Shown here in pieces: positions 11,401 through 24,453 of a stretch of 64,000 nucleotides of DNA. The DNA comes from Amoebophrya sp. A120 (taxonomy: Eukaryota; Protista; Dinoflagellata). The DNA lies in the NCBI GenBank assembly GCA_905178155.1, contig CAJINV010000002.1, forward strand, positions 5,994,476 through 6,058,475, given 5' to 3'. The notes below the pieces were generated by a model. The model was given only the letters and a program-made list of their open reading frames with translations. It ran no database searches and was not told where the DNA came from. Numbering within the stretch: position 1 is the stretch's first letter; the number at the start of each line of letters is the position of its first letter. The position numbers and the translations under genes are program-made.

Positions 11401-14400
11401 GATGCGGATTTACCTTGACAAAAAGATTTGTAATGCATAACTGCAATACGAGTACGATACTTTTGCACAGGATAGTTTTGGAAAGCCAGCAACTCCATAG
11501 AGTTGTACGGTTTGTCCAAGTAGCACATCTATCAAATGCAAATATGTCTGGGTCTGGAAGAATGCGAAATCTGTCATGCAGTTTTTGCCTGACCCAGATC
11601 GTCTGGCATGCAAGCTCTAGCATCACAGATTTTGAGCACTTATCCCAATGCCTAGGCCGCATGACAAACTCCCTCTCTCGGAAACAAGAAATGGGGCCTT
11701 TTGCTAGCCATGCATGACAGATTTTGTCATGATGTAGACTTCGCATCACAAATTCGAATCCTTCCAGACCCAGACATTTTTACATTTGATAACATCTCGT
11801 ACAAGACGACTCCCAGCGACCAGATGTCCGTGCTGGCATCGTGGAGCTTCCCCCGCAACAGCTCCGGGCTCATGGTCCACAGGGTGCCGCAGTTCACTTT
11901 CGCCTTTTGGGGGACCTGCAACCTCGGGTTGGATTTACTGCTACCGCTCGCAGTATGTTCCGGACTGTTTGGAAGATGAGAAGTACTGTCGTTGTCATCA
12001 TGCGCGCTGCTCAAGTTGCTCCCGCCGGTTGCGCTCCGTAGCAGCATGTTTCGCATTTTCACCGACCGCGCGTTCGGGCTGGCGCTACCGCAACGGTTTC
12101 TGCTTTTTGACGTGCCGCTGGAAGTCGAGGGGCGGGAGGACGTTCCGGCAGCGTAGTGTCGACTGCCATGATGTCCACCCGCAGCTCCTCCTGGGTTCGC
12201 CGGCGAAGCGGCACCCAACGGGGGGCTCGTAGCGTTGAGATTCATGTTCAGCATGGGGCTGTTGGCGGCGGTGAAACAGGTTTCCGTAAGCCCGGGCTTT
12301 GCGTTGTCGATTTTCACGGCGACTCCGAAATCGCATAGCTTGTAGTTAGAATTGAGATTCGGGGAAGATGAAGAGGAGAAGCCAGCTGATGTGTACCAAC
12401 TGTTGTCGTGCAAGGCCGAACTTTGCCACAATATGTTCTCCGCCTTCACATCTCGGTGGATGATTCCCTGGTTGTTCAAAAACACCAAAGCCTCCAGCAT
12501 CTGCAGAAACACCTTCCGAATCTCGTTTTCGCTGAACCTGCACCGCCCAGCCTCCAGGGGTTGCAACTGAGACGGGGCTGCTCCGGGAGGTCCGGTGTTA
12601 ATATGCGAAGAGGAATTAGTCGAATTGTAGTTTTTTGCCGCTTTCATGCTGCTGTGGTGCTGCGCGTGCGGACCCAAATGTTGCCCTGCGGCGGATGCTA
12701 CTGCACCACCCGATGAAGAACCCGTATGATGGCTAGTATTGTTCATCGCCCCAGATGAAACTGTACTAGATGCACTAGAGCTGTTCTTCGCGTTCCTTTC
12801 CCGCTCGTACACTACTCGTGCCTCCCGAATTCCCCGAATCAAATCGTCCAGCCCGAAGTCGCAGCGCTCCATGACGAGAAACAACTCCCGGTCGTAGCCG
12901 TCCCAGCCAGGGAAAAAGTCCAGGACCTGCACCAGATACGGATGCGGACGAACGGATTCCCATGCCGAAGGGGCGGAAGCAGGACGAGTGCGAGTGGGGG
13001 AAGTTGAGGGGGAAAACGCAAGTTGGTCTTCTTCTTGCTGGTTTTCAAAGGCGCGGTTTATTTCGCCATGACCCTGGACCGCCGAATTTTTGTTTTTTGC
13101 ATCTTCATCATTATCCAACGACTCCGAGATGGAATCCACGTTCCTTTTGTTGATCTGCTCCCGGTCCTGGTCATCTTGCTGTCGTTGTGGACTTTTGCTT
13201 GCATTATTTGCAGCCCCCGGGGCCCGGGCCCACATCGCGAGGTTGCAGGCTTCCGCCACGAGCAGTTCAGTCCACGCATGCTTCCTCGTCTTCGGCCCCG
13301 TGGAAATCATGACGCGTTTGAGCGCAACCTGCTTGGTCAGGGAGCGAGCAGCAGCGGACGAGGAGGCTGCTCCTGCGGAAGTTGTTGCTCCAGTTGCACC
13401 ACCTCTTTTCAAAAAGTCCTTGTCATGAATCCTGACCGCCGCGAACACATCGCCCTCACTATTACAGTGAAAAATGCCTCCACCCCCAAAGTTGCAAAAA
13501 TTTGCGATGCGAAGTTTCCAAATGAAAACTTTTTGTCATGCATGAAAGGAGTATGAATCTTTCTGATGCAGAGTCTAGGCGTGTATCGCATCGCTTGCAT
13601 GACAAGCGACGCTCTTGCTGGGGTCTTTTGCAATACAAATTTTTGCTATTCACGATTGGAAACCTGTGACGCTGATAGATGCAAGAGGGCGAATGTTTCA
13701 TTTGGAAAGGTTTGCAATACAAATGCTCCCAAGTTCGGGGGTGGGGGCATTTTTCATGGTAATAGTCACTGCCCTGCGCGAGCTCGATCCCGAGCCGGTA
13801 GAACCCGTTTTTGAGCGCATTCTATCAAAGTGAAAAAAGCCCCCACCCCATATCAAAGAGACAATTTGTGTTGCTGGATTTGTGTACACAAATGAACTTT
13901 GTATTGCAGCAAGAGCTTGTCGGCATATTCTAAGCCCGTTTGGGTACGCATCCGGCTAGCAGCTGAGCATGAGAAACAAGTCTGACATAGGCGAAAACGC
14001 ATGACAGACTCGCTGCACTATGCGCCACATGGGTGCCGTTTGTCTTGTACGCAAGACAAAGCTGATTTGTGGTCACAAATCAACATCACAAATTTTCTTC
14101 TCGATATGGGGTGGAGGGATTTTTCCTTACAATAAATTCGGGGGAGATTTCAGAAAGATCTCCTCCTCGCTGTTGCGGAGTTCGCAAAAGGACCGTCGTA
14201 TGACCAGCTCAGGTCTTGTTACAATGATCTCAAACGTTGCAATAGAAACGGAGATTATTTGTATTGCAATATAGAGCACTGCCTAGGTTACAACTCTCAC
14301 AGGAATCAATACGCATCACAAGTTCCGGTGGAGTCGGTCCCAACTCGCACTAGAATGTATTGCAGAAAGTGCAGTGCTTTGCCTTTGCGAGTCTATCAAG

Positions 14401-14880
14401 CTCATCATGCAAGACAAATAAATCCAAACTCTATACGATAACGACCTTGGAGACTGCAACACCTGAGCGGGTCATACGATGCTGTTCCAGCTTTTTGGAC
14501 TGGATCAGGTACTCCAGACTGGATATCGCACGAAAAAAGTGTTACAGTTGCACATTTGTTCGTCAATTCAGCAACACAAATTTCGCTGCATGAGAGAGAA
14601 AACTTGCAATGCAGAAATAGTACGGGAAAACACCTACGAAAGGAAGCTCCTATGCATATCCGGCATGAAGGCAGTGCTTGCCTGTCTTCCTTGGCCTGCA
14701 ACACAATGTGTAACTGTAACACTTTTTTCTCAGGATACTGGAGGTATTCACTTTAGTATTTGTGTGGTGGTCCTTATTTGTATTGCCAGAGGTCGAGGAC
14801 GAGGAGGCCGGCAGGTGGTGTTGAAGATGTTCCTGCTGTGGAGAGGAGGATGAAAACTGGCTCGGAGAAGAGGAAAACAT
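8472..14880 (-). CDS. Ser/Thr protein kinase, NEK-like (9 exons, 8 introner-type introns)
   Basis: After removing the 8 elements the frame is continuous: FYRLGIELAQGSEGDVF (Gly loop), VALKR, LFLVMERC, IIHRDVKAEN, KLCDFG, CGTLWTMSPE, DIWSLGVVLYEMCYLDKPY, YSKDLKRLLISML..D...RPT. Confidence 0.9.
10236..10444. mobile_element. TAT..ATA introner (kinase intron 8)
   Basis: TIR tatcgcaagaaaaaactatttcactgtga / tatcccacgaaaaaactgtttcactgtga. Perfect TSD ttctc. Removing 214 nt restores the frame. Confidence 0.9.
10753..10989. mobile_element. Introner, family C (kinase intron 7)
   Basis: TIR ta(t/c)ggcg(c/t)tctcaactgttaca(c/t)tctcaactgtt. Perfect TSD ttcaa. Removing 242 nt joins into kinase subdomain XI. 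Confidence 0.9.
11330..11474. mobile_element. Introner, family B (kinase intron 6)
   Basis: TIR tat....tgcaa(g/a)agtatcgtactcgt. Perfect TSD gtttt. 150-nt in-frame removal. Homologous to 38591. Confidence 0.85.
11530..11791. mobile_element. Introner (kinase intron 5)
   Basis: TIR tatcaaatg(c/t)aaa(t/a)atgtctgggtctggaag. Perfect TSD acatc. Removing 267 nt gives LYEMCYLDKPY. Confidence 0.92.
13460..13764. mobile_element. Introner (kinase intron 4, inside the Gly loop)
   Basis: TIR tattac..tgaaaaatgcc(t/c)ccaccccc. TSD ctcac/gtcac. Removing 310 nt gives LAQGS(E/D)GDVF. Confidence 0.9.
13823..14134. mobile_element. Introner, family D (kinase intron 3)
   Basis: TIR containing gaaaaa...ccaccccatatc. 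TSD cattc/aattc. Removing 317 nt restores the frame. Homologous to 25081. Confidence 0.85.
14199..14476. mobile_element. Introner, family A-like (kinase intron 2)
   Basis: TIR tatgacc(a/c)gctcaggt. TSD degenerate (cgtcg/cgatg). Removing 283 nt restores the frame. Confidence 0.8.
14524..14737. mobile_element. Introner (kinase intron 1)
   Basis: TIR tatc....gaaaaaagtgttacagtt(g/a)cacatt. Perfect TSD ctgga. Removing 219 nt gives NTSSLEYLIQSKK. Confidence 0.88.
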
Positions 14881-16730
14881 TTTTCTTGTTTTTGTCTACC
14901 AGTCGTGACCACGCTAATGGGACTATGGTTTTCAAAAATGTGCCAAGGAAGGCGCTCCTCCCTCCGGTTCCTCCGCTTCAACTAGTACTTACATCTCGAA
15001 CGAGCCGAAAGCAGAAGCTGTTCATTGATTGAACAAAACAACGAAGACAATGATACGTCATAGACACCAGAAATTATCGCTCTTGGCAACTTATTTCCTT
15101 ACGAAAACCGAGATGAAACACAAACGAACGAGAAGAGCAAGACATTTAGCTGTGGAGCGGCATTGCCTATTTATTCTGGGCCGGCGACTTCTTTATTTTT
15201 TTAGTGTCGTCGATGGCAATCACTCTGTTCAACTCTCGATCTCATTCGTCTCTCACTTTTCATCTCTCAACAAACCGGCATAACTCACATACGCGTGAGG
15301 TCACTCTGCCCTGCTTGGGGTGCGCGATGCTCGACTTTTGATTGTGACACCTTCACCTGGAAAGCGGTCCACTCACACGATTGGCGACGGACGCGCAGCG
15401 GTGTTGTAGGACGACTCTTTTTGTGTTCTGGGGCTAAGGGGACCTTGCGAACAGCACAAGAAGTGAGCAACAAACCCAGGAGAAGCCTGCGCGTCCCCTC
15501 CTTACCGATCGATAGGTAATGTAACGCATCTGAAACAGCGAAGAACACACGAATCAATCAATCGCCTTGCAAAACTTCGGCCAGCACTGGGCTTCGCCAA
15601 AACCAACCTTGACTTTTTATATCGGACGCGCCTGTGACGGAATATATCATCGAAGAATTTTCATGCGCGGAGTGCAGCAGCATGCCCGACCTCAGGCGAC
15701 ATCAGTTTTTTTCCGATAAATAATATGTCAGCTGCATTTTTTCGAAGGAGTTTTGGCCATCAGGCCCCAAGGTCATCAACCGGACTAGTGCATTTGTTTC
15801 TAGAAAACTAAAAACAAACGGCTAGGAGTAGGACCGGCGACTCTTGTAGAAAAAAACTCTACACCAACATTCGAAGCAGTAAGCTTGCAGCTCATCGCTA
15901 TGATCATTTGAGGGTAACATTAAAGCCATCATACATGTGTACCTGTACTGTGTTCATGCGGGGGTAGCCCGCGTAGGGGCTAGAGAAAAACATAGAAAAT
16001 ACCGGCAAAACCTGCTTGCCACTTTTCAGTACCCCTTTCTTACTTTGTATAATGTAGTGCCTTCAGTCGCCAAGTAAGTACAAATACGGCTCCAGCCGTG
16101 CCGCCATTCGCAATAAAATAAAAAAGTAAATTTATATATCATAACCAAGAAGACAAGAGACAAGAGTTAACCGGCCGGACGGACAAGAGTTCCCCCGAGG
16201 AACTCTGTTTTTATTTTGTTACCCCACTCTTATCTTTTCCAACTCGATAGTGATGGCAATGCGAACTATGGCATGCCACTCCGTAGTACTCTAAAAATTT
16301 AGAAGGGAAAGTCCCGATCCCGATACCGATTTTCGGTTAGAGCTTGGGCACCCATTAGAAAGAGCAGGCGCGAATTTCAAGCGAATTTCAGCGCAAACCC
16401 AAAAGCCAACGTCTGGTGGCCAATCACGCGGCCACCCTGTTCCCGGTCCCATGCCCTTCCGAGGGACGCAAGGAAATTTGCTGCGTTTCCCGTGCCTCAC
16501 CATCGAGGGGGGTTCTTCGCTTTCGATGCGACAGGCGCCGGTTTGGAAACTGCCACGGCGTCAACCATGAGCAGCAGCTTTTTGCGCCAGATGCGAAACT
16601 TTTAACGCCGTCACGCACAATCGCAGCCATTTTCTCACCATACCATGCGGCCTCAGATATAACTTTTGAATTTTGCTAAAGTTGGACCACCAGAATACCA
16701 TCAGGCTAAGCGTTTAAAGGCATGCCCAAT

Positions 16731-16935
16731 CAGGGCGGTATTCTCGATTTGCGAATTTACAAAGGTGACCCGTGCGAATTTGCAAAAGCTGCCTCTGCGA
16801 ATTTAGAAAAGTGGCCCTCGCGAATTTCGCGCGAATTTGGAAAAAAACGCAATTTCAGGTCGGACTTTCGAAATTCGCGAGGGCCACTTTTCTAAATTCG
16901 CGCGAAATTCGCGAGGGCCACTTTTCTAAATTCTC
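16731..16935. repeat. Inverted/tandem repeat block (MITE-like, GCGAATTT units)
   Basis: Perfect 40-bp inverted repeat at 16799-16838 / 16894-16933, a ~34-bp-period tandem duplication, and repeated gcgaattt. Confidence 0.7.
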
Positions 16936-16949
16936 TCAAAAATGCCTCT

Positions 16950-17030
16950 CATGGCGCTCCGCATGACAAACTTTCTGAGCATGCAGAATTGAATGACAAC
17001 TCTGGGGTGGGGACGTTTTTACTTAGGATA
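16950..17030. mobile_element. Orphan right end of an introner related to 36792
   Basis: Reverse complement tatcctaagtaaaaacgtccccaccccagagttg resembles tatcctgagtaaaaacgtacccgcgccagagttg at 36792. Contains gcatgacaaa. No partner end found. Confidence 0.6.
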
Positions 17031-17543
17031 AACCTCGGCGTTTTGTTTTCTTCCAGTCTCGGAAACCTCCTGGCTGCCAAGGCCAACTCCCGTGCCTGCC
17101 GCGGGGGCCGGGGGTACTTCACAAATTTCGGAAAAACCGGCGCCGGTCCGATTCCGCTGCCAGAACCGGGAATGACGCAGAACCTCGGCGACTGTGGCTT
17201 TTTGCCAAGCGGAATGTCGCCGGGAGAAGATGTGCCGCCTATGGAGCACTTGGCAGCTGTGCTGCAAATGTTGCTGCAGTAATGCTGTTTTTAAAACACG
17301 TGGAAAAGTAGTTGGAAGTGCTTCATCATCTTTTTGTGTGGACGAAACTGCTGTTTCTGGTGCACATGTGTGGATGAAGCAGACGACCGCCGGGGAGAAC
17401 GGAGAACTTCTACTCACGATGGATAAATGCGACCTCCATCTATGGATTTGTTGTTTTGCTGATGCCGCTTTAACATAGTCGTGGTTCTTGTAGGTCACCG
17501 GAACTACGGCGCATCCACGCAGCAACACGACAAAGACAATCAC
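17031..17543 (-). CDS. Possible coding exon of a hypothetical or disrupted gene
   Basis: ORF runs into the orphan introner end at 17030; frame and strand are uncertain. Confidence 0.25.
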
Positions 17544-18780
17544 GGCTTTTTTGAAAGAGAAAACTATGATAACAACATAGAGAAGCCGAGGATCTCCTTC
17601 CTGAAGATGTGCGGAGCGGTAGGCGCTTGCATGTTGCAGATGATGGTCGCTCCTTCCTTGAAATTATTTCCTCATTTACATACCAGTACTCCTACTGGTG
17701 ATTTTTGAGCTTTGTGAGTCATGTTGCAAAATTTTTTGGGATAAAAATTGAAAAAGAGGAAAAACTGTATGTACAAATGTCACCAGAGGAGGTTGCGGCT
17801 TGACAATTTTTTGTTCTTCGCGCGTACGAAGGAAAGTAAGTATTTAGCAGTCTTCCGAGCTGTTTGCGTTTTGATACTAACCATGAGAGATAGCTGAGGG
17901 CGCGAAAGAGTAGAATCCCAAGACGAAGAGCATTTGGCGAGTAACGACAGTGGTGTTGGCGTCCTCTTCCTCGCTGCTTAACCCAACAAGTACGGCATAT
18001 TTACAGTCTGATCGGAGATGAAAAGTACGAAAGTCTTAGATACTTTCAATGGGTGTTGTGTGAATCTGAATCCAATTTTTGAGTTTGTCAAGGGCGTCTC
18101 GTAGAACTTGAGTTTATCAAGCGATTCGTTGCTTCACTCCGCAACCCCCGTATTCTATTCTTTCACATCGTGGGTATGAAAACATCATTTGCATCAAGGA
18201 CTTGACATCAATGTAGTGCCAATCGTTTTACTCTCGCGTTTCCAGAAGATGGAACTGCTCCTAGAAGATATTAGTATTACCAAGCGCACCTATAGTAGTC
18301 AGTGTAGTGAAATTGAAAAACAAAGCGTCGTTTGGAAAAACGAACTGAGGTTTATTGAGGTTTTCGTCGCGCATGGTACAGGTACTGCCTCTGTCTTAGA
18401 CTCAATCTTCTGAACAAATAGAAATGGCACAATTTGAAAATAAACGTATGAATCATAGATCTTTTTTTCGACGATTCGGGACGGGGAGCAAGAAAACTGC
18501 AGGAGAATCGCGAATGCGATCAGCGGTTTTCTTCGGATATCCACAGGGAGGAGAAGAAATAAATCCAGAGAGTAGGGTAAAGAAGTGTAGTTGACAACGT
18601 ACTCGTACTGATTTCATCACGTAAATAAAACTGGGTTTATCACACATTGTGAAGGCCCGGTACCGTACTTTTGTAACCATATTTTCCTCTACATTTGCTT
18701 GCGCTTTTCACGACCTGCGGTAGAAACAATGTTTAGCGGTGGCGTGCATCATTCCCCGGTGCGGCCGCGCGCCAAGACTT

Positions 18781-19794
18781 CTAGTTCTCCTCCAGCCACT
18801 TTTCCGTCTCGCCGCACTTCTTGACTGCCTTCGCCACCATGATGCCAACCGGATTATCCTCCCAGAATTGCCCCCCGATCGTGCGCAGCACGGCCCAATG
18901 CACCTTCCCCGCCACGTTCATGAAGTGGGGATCGTAAATGTACTCTTCCGGGAGCCCGAGATTTTTGTAGGGTTCCGCGCCGCCGAACTCGTCAAGCAGC
19001 GTCCCATCAAGCATGATCTGCCACGCCTCAGACAGGTTCGTGTAGTCCTTCTGGGACCCCACGCTCGTCCAATTTTCCTTCCTCTTTTGCTTCAAGTCCT
19101 TCTTCAACGCCTCCAGATCCTCGGCAGACGCATCCTGCTCCAAAGAGTTCATCAAGGGCCAGGGCGAAAACTCCCACAAATAATCCACCATCACCTGCTG
19201 CTGGCTGCTCTGGTCGGGTGGAGCATCTTGCCCCATCTTCCAGAGTAGATTCGGGACTTTCGGCACCGTTGGCAGTTTCTCATTTGAGTCGGGGTTTTCG
19301 ACCGCCGTCGGGAAGACAGAGCCCGCACGCACTCCATGTTTGGCATGGTAAAGGTGCACGTTCCAAATTTGTTTAGTCGCGAAATCCGCCAGCCACTTGC
19401 TGGCGTCCTCGCCGTCCAGTTTGAAGCAGGTCGTCTTCATGCTCTGACCGCCGCGCTTGCCAGGCAACGTCTTAATTTCATCGGAGCTGGCAAATGGCGT
19501 TAGCTGTGCATGATGTGCAGTATCCGCCGCGGCGGGGAAGCCAGAGAAGTGCCGCTTCTGCTAATAATTACCTGGTGCCGGTCTCCGCTGATTCATCACC
19601 ATTGCCGGCGCCGTCGGCGGGGCATTAGCGTAAGCGGAAGACGAGGACACCCTGGCCGCAGCAGCCGCCTGTTGTCTGATCCTTTGGAAGGGCTTTGCCG
19701 CAAGAACCACCGAGTGATCCCACCCCAATAAGATCAACACAAAAGGCATCATGACGATGCTGGGGCCCATCCTGGACTGGTTTAGACGCGGCAT
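18781..19794 (-). CDS. Hypothetical protein with N-terminal hydrophobic segment; in-frame TAG at 19561-19563
   Basis: Two same-frame ORFs (19561..19794 with MMPFVLILLGWDHSVVLA; 18781..19560 globular-looking) separated by one stop codon. Confidence 0.55.
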
Positions 19795-21064
19795 GGTGAA
19801 AGAATATTTTTCTGGGTGCAAGCGAGTAAAACGAGGAGAGAATCTGAAGTTGAGTGAGAGGAAGTGGCGCGCGAGTTCAATCTTTGTAGTTGGAAAGTAT
19901 CTTAGTTCCAAGAAAGGTTTACAAATAGAATGGAGCGACGTTCTGCAAAAGAGTGGCGACACAAATTACGGAGCTTGCTTTTTCACTACGTTTAAAAGAA
20001 AGTACATATACACTTGAGCGAAGTACTTTGTTGCACACGAAAACGATATAGGAAATGCGGGTTCGAAACTTTAGTTTCTTCGTGTCAATAATCTATTTCT
20101 CTGGACACAACTACTTTCGGCAATTTTTCTTTTTTATCACAGGTTTCATGGACCAATTAACACACCCTACTCCGACAGTGTGACTGGGAACAGACAAAGA
20201 CAATAGAAACAAAGGAGCTAAATTTCAATACCGATCCACACATCAACATGTGCGAGCCTTATTCCGTGCCACCTGCAGTGCAGGATGATGCCTACTTCAC
20301 TTCTATTTCAAAAAACAACTATACTAAAAAGCGACCACTTGATCTCTATGCGGAGATATTTCATCTCATGTACAAGATCATTCTTTTTTTGTCGGATGGA
20401 GCTTTGATTGATGGTGGATCAAAAGATATAATTTAGCTATGTTCTAATTTTTTTTCTCAAGTACACACTCGCTCAATAGGCAAGCCGAGCAGGTGAAAAC
20501 CCTGAACTATGCAAAAATCGTTTCAACAACGCAAGAGAGACACAATGGAGACGGGACCGAAGAAACGTTCGTTTCGTAGATGACATGCTCAATTTCGATC
20601 TTTCTCTACAACAATCTGGTACGTACGCTTGTGATTTTATTCAAGCTGCTCTAGACGAAACTGATTTCTAAGGGATACTTGCAGTGACATTTTTTGAGCA
20701 AACCGTCGGGCGAGGGCTGACGAAACATCAGCGATAGCTGGTATGCGATTTGTCAATGTCTAACTATATGCTTTCCAATATACACGAGATCGTCCAGCAG
20801 CACCTCCAAATAGTGACAGAGTTTTATACCTGACAGCAGGAGCACGAGCACCAAGAGTATTCAGGAAGTCGATACTGTCGAAGTGAAATTGGTACAATGC
20901 TTTGCGAGTTGTCCGAATTGAAAATTAATATATTTGAACAACTACGTGTAATTTTCGTGAACCTAAACGTGGTAGGATCGTGTCTTAGGCTTAGCTTCCT
21001 TTTCTATAAAGTTAAAGATCATCATTATCTACATGATTGCAGCTTGCTTCATCTCCTGTGTTTT

Positions 21065-23599
21065 CTAGTAATACCCACCACGACCTCCACGGCCGCGTGT
21101 GGAAGTTCCCGTCCCGCCGTGGCCCCCATTTCGCGTCGACAGCATCGCCACGGGGCTCCAATTCACTTGCTGCGGCGAGGCCAGCGCGCCCTCGAGGTCG
21201 GAGAGTCGTTTTTGCACCATAAACGTTGTGGCGTTGTTGTTGAACGGTTTGTCGTCGATCCGCTTCACCCCCGGGGGCGATAGTTGTTCGTAGTCACTGT
21301 TGTGAGGTAGAAGATGCGCATTTTGAAGATTGTTCAAAGCAGCTCCGTCCCCTTTGTTCTTATTCCGCGAAGAAGCCGAAACTGCTTTCATCTTCGTACC
21401 ATAATTTTTCTTACGCAGCACGACATTCACCGGCGACAGCGCTGTAGTCGTGTTCTTCGCCACATCTTCAGGATGAGCACCATGGGCCGTTGTTGTTGTG
21501 AGAGCACAAAGCTGCTCGGGGCCCGACGTAGAAGACACGTTCCTCGTATTTTCCGTTGTTGAGGTGGTAGAGGTGCTGCTGATGGAGTTTTTATTGAAGT
21601 AAACATGCTCCTCGTCATGTTGTAAGATGCTTTTCATGCTGTCGCCCCGCATCATTCGGGAAGAAGAGAAGACCGGAAGGTGATGATGATGCTCGCCTGT
21701 CGTACTTCTATGACTCATCTTCTTGTTGTAATTGTAGCCGCGCATATCCACTGCAAAAGTATCGCGTTCGTGTTGAATCCACTCATGCGCGACGGATCTA
21801 CCGCCTCAGGGAAATTCACATTGCAAGAGCAAGCTACACTTTTTCCTTTGATGAAAAAGTTTGCTGTTTTAATACAGTCGGAATCCGTAGTACTGGATAA
21901 ACGTAGATAGATACTTTTGCAATGCATACCCCGCTGCGGGAATCAACCCTTCGTCCGTGAGGTTCTTTAGTTCCAGCGCGTTGCGAATCACATCCGCCTC
22001 CGTTTTGCACAACAAGTTGCCCGTCGTCGCCCGATTCTTCCGCTTCGAGGGGTTCGATTGCAAATGGTAGTTGTAGTTAAATAGGGCAAGACTCTGCTGG
22101 TTGATCTGCCCGCTCGCGTTGGAAGTGGGGGTGTCCTGTTGGTGCTTCAACATGTCGTGATCCGATTGATGTTCAAAAGCAGCTGAAGGAACACAGGGTC
22201 CTGGAACAACGTCGCCGGGCAAAATTAATTCGGGTCCATCTTGCTCGTCTTCTGCAATAATCGACATAGGCTGGTGTCTACTGCTTCTACTCGTCCTTGT
22301 GGACCCTTTCTTGCTTCTCATTGTCATGTTCGGTGTAGGTCCAGCGCCACCGCCAGCTGGGCCAATCCCGCCACTTCGAGCAGTTGCAGCATGAATGTTG
22401 TCTTGCTGTGCGGAACTGGAGAAGGTCGCGTTCTTGTTACTACTAGTTGATGTATGGTACAAGGCGGAGATCACACCCGAGCCCGCCTTGTTCAGGGAAG
22501 TAGACGTAGTTCTTGTCGGGTTGTTATTGAGGATTCCGTTTGTCTGATCGTAATACGAGCTTGCATGTGAATGGGATGAGTTCATGCCGTTCGCGTTCCC
22601 TTCTTCCTGGTTGTGGTTTCCCTCGATGTAATTCCTATTCTGGGACAGCTCTTGCTGCTGCGGAGCACAATTCTGATGATCAAACGCAGTTTTATTCGTG
22701 GAAAAGCTCCGGCTGTGATAGATCATATCAGGATTCAATGGCACCGTTTGACAACTGTTGTTCGTAGTAGTTCCGTGGAGCAGTTGCTGCGCCCCCGTCG
22801 TCCCCCCTGGGTTCGTCGATAAGTCGATTTCTACTGCTTCTTCTTTGCTCACTGGGTGCAACAGAAAGCTGTTTGCTTTCGACTGCATCATCGGGAGGTT
22901 GTGTGCTGTGAGAAACTGTGCGTGTAGGGATTCGGGTACGGTAGAATTTTTAGAACCTCCGGTGGAACTCCTCTGATTTTTAATCGGCGGACGAGTTGAC
23001 GACGTGGACGTCTTCATTCCGTCATCTGCATTTTTATGCAGATCCCCCACAGCCATCCCGCCAAGAACTACACCTCGAGCCATTTCTATTTCAGAGGAAG
23101 ACGACGCGGAGGACTTCTTCGTAGAAGTTGCGCCACTGTGCTGCTGCTGGCCCATCAGCTGATCGAGCGAGTCCCGTTGTTCTTGCGACGCTGCTGCAAC
23201 AGCACCGTGCTGGTGAAGTTGTTCAACAGAATTTTGCTGGCTACTAGCCACCCCCACTGTCGCTGTGGTGGATCCTGGGCAGGACGCAGCCATCAGACCC
23301 GCCAGCTTTTCGGCCGATACGATGCTCATGTTGGACGTCGTGGGAGCCAGCACTGCTTGATTTTTATTCCCTTGCGCTTGCTGTAAAGCAGGTGCCGGAG
23401 CCTGTGGCATCGCGACTCTTCGGTACAGGGCGTTTTTGTTCCGTCTGACTTGCCCCTGTTGCTGTACCGCAACAGAGTTGCTTGTTGTATTTCTTGCGTA
23501 GCTCCTGCTCTTCATCTCGGTAATTTTCGCAGAAGACTTTTCGAGCTGACTCAGTTGCCCACCGGGGGGCGAGCCAAGTTTCGTTGGCGGAAGCTTCAT
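21065..23599 (-). CDS. Low-complexity (S/T/N/Q-rich) hypothetical protein, 2 exons
   Basis: Same-frame ORFs 21869..23599 and 21065..21751 joined by removing the element at 21745-21928. Confidence 0.7.
21745..21928. mobile_element. Introner, family B-like, TSD decayed
   Basis: TIR tat(c/g)ca(c/t)tgcaaaagtatc. TSD unrecognisable (gcgca/ccccg), but 184+5=189 nt keeps the frame. Confidence 0.7.
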
Positions 23600-24453
23600 G
23601 ATGGAAGTCGAAGTGTGTACGATCTGGTACTTATTCTACGTTCTATCTCGGTTGCGTCAAGCGGGAAGCGCATAGCGAAACCACTTTTACTTTTTCAGGC
23701 ATTGTCTACCTTGTGGCTCCAGTAAACGATTTAAGTATATATCTCAATCTCTACGATTCCGACGTATCTTTCACAACGAGCATGAGCACGACGAGAACAA
23801 TGCTGATTCAACGACTACCACTAGTACTGCAGCCACGATTTTTTGCGAGTAAACAATACGATGTCGATACGAAGGATGAAAGAGCTTCCTTTTTGTTTGA
23901 AACGTAACGACCCTCCGTTCCCTTTGGCTTTGCCACAAAGCGGTCAATACGAGCCACCCAGACGTCGACCGCGAAATAAACGAAGACCACGTCCACAAAC
24001 CCGACCCCGACCACGAAGCGGTTTTGATAACATAGGAACGACATAGGACAACGACAAACACGTAGTCGGAGCGGCTACAGAAATGGAGAAAGTCGGCCTC
24101 TAATACTAATGCTTTCATAGCCACAACTAAGAACAGGCCGCTATTGAACAAGCAACATAAAAATGCACCTCACGGAGTAGATACAGATACAGACTGTCAC
24201 TCAGCTGCTTTCGACGCTTACTCAAGTTGTACTTCCTTGCTTCTCAGTGCCTTCTTGTCGTTGAAGTTGGAGGTTGAGTTCGATCGTCTAATGGAGAAAA
24301 AGAAATGGGACAGCGATCTACTTTTTTACAGCTTTCCAAAAATCATGTTGAAGATGTTTATCACGCGAGATGACAGGACGTCGAGTACTGTTACTGTGCC
24401 AGTACGGGAGCTTCTTGCTGCCTTCTATTTGCACCACCAGCTATTGCTATTGA

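Noticed and set aside
14526-14737. Alternative 212-nt intron using the direct repeat ggata
   Set aside because: It puts the downstream exons out of frame with the kinase Gly loop; the 219-nt TAT..ATA + ctgga solution gives a continuous frame.
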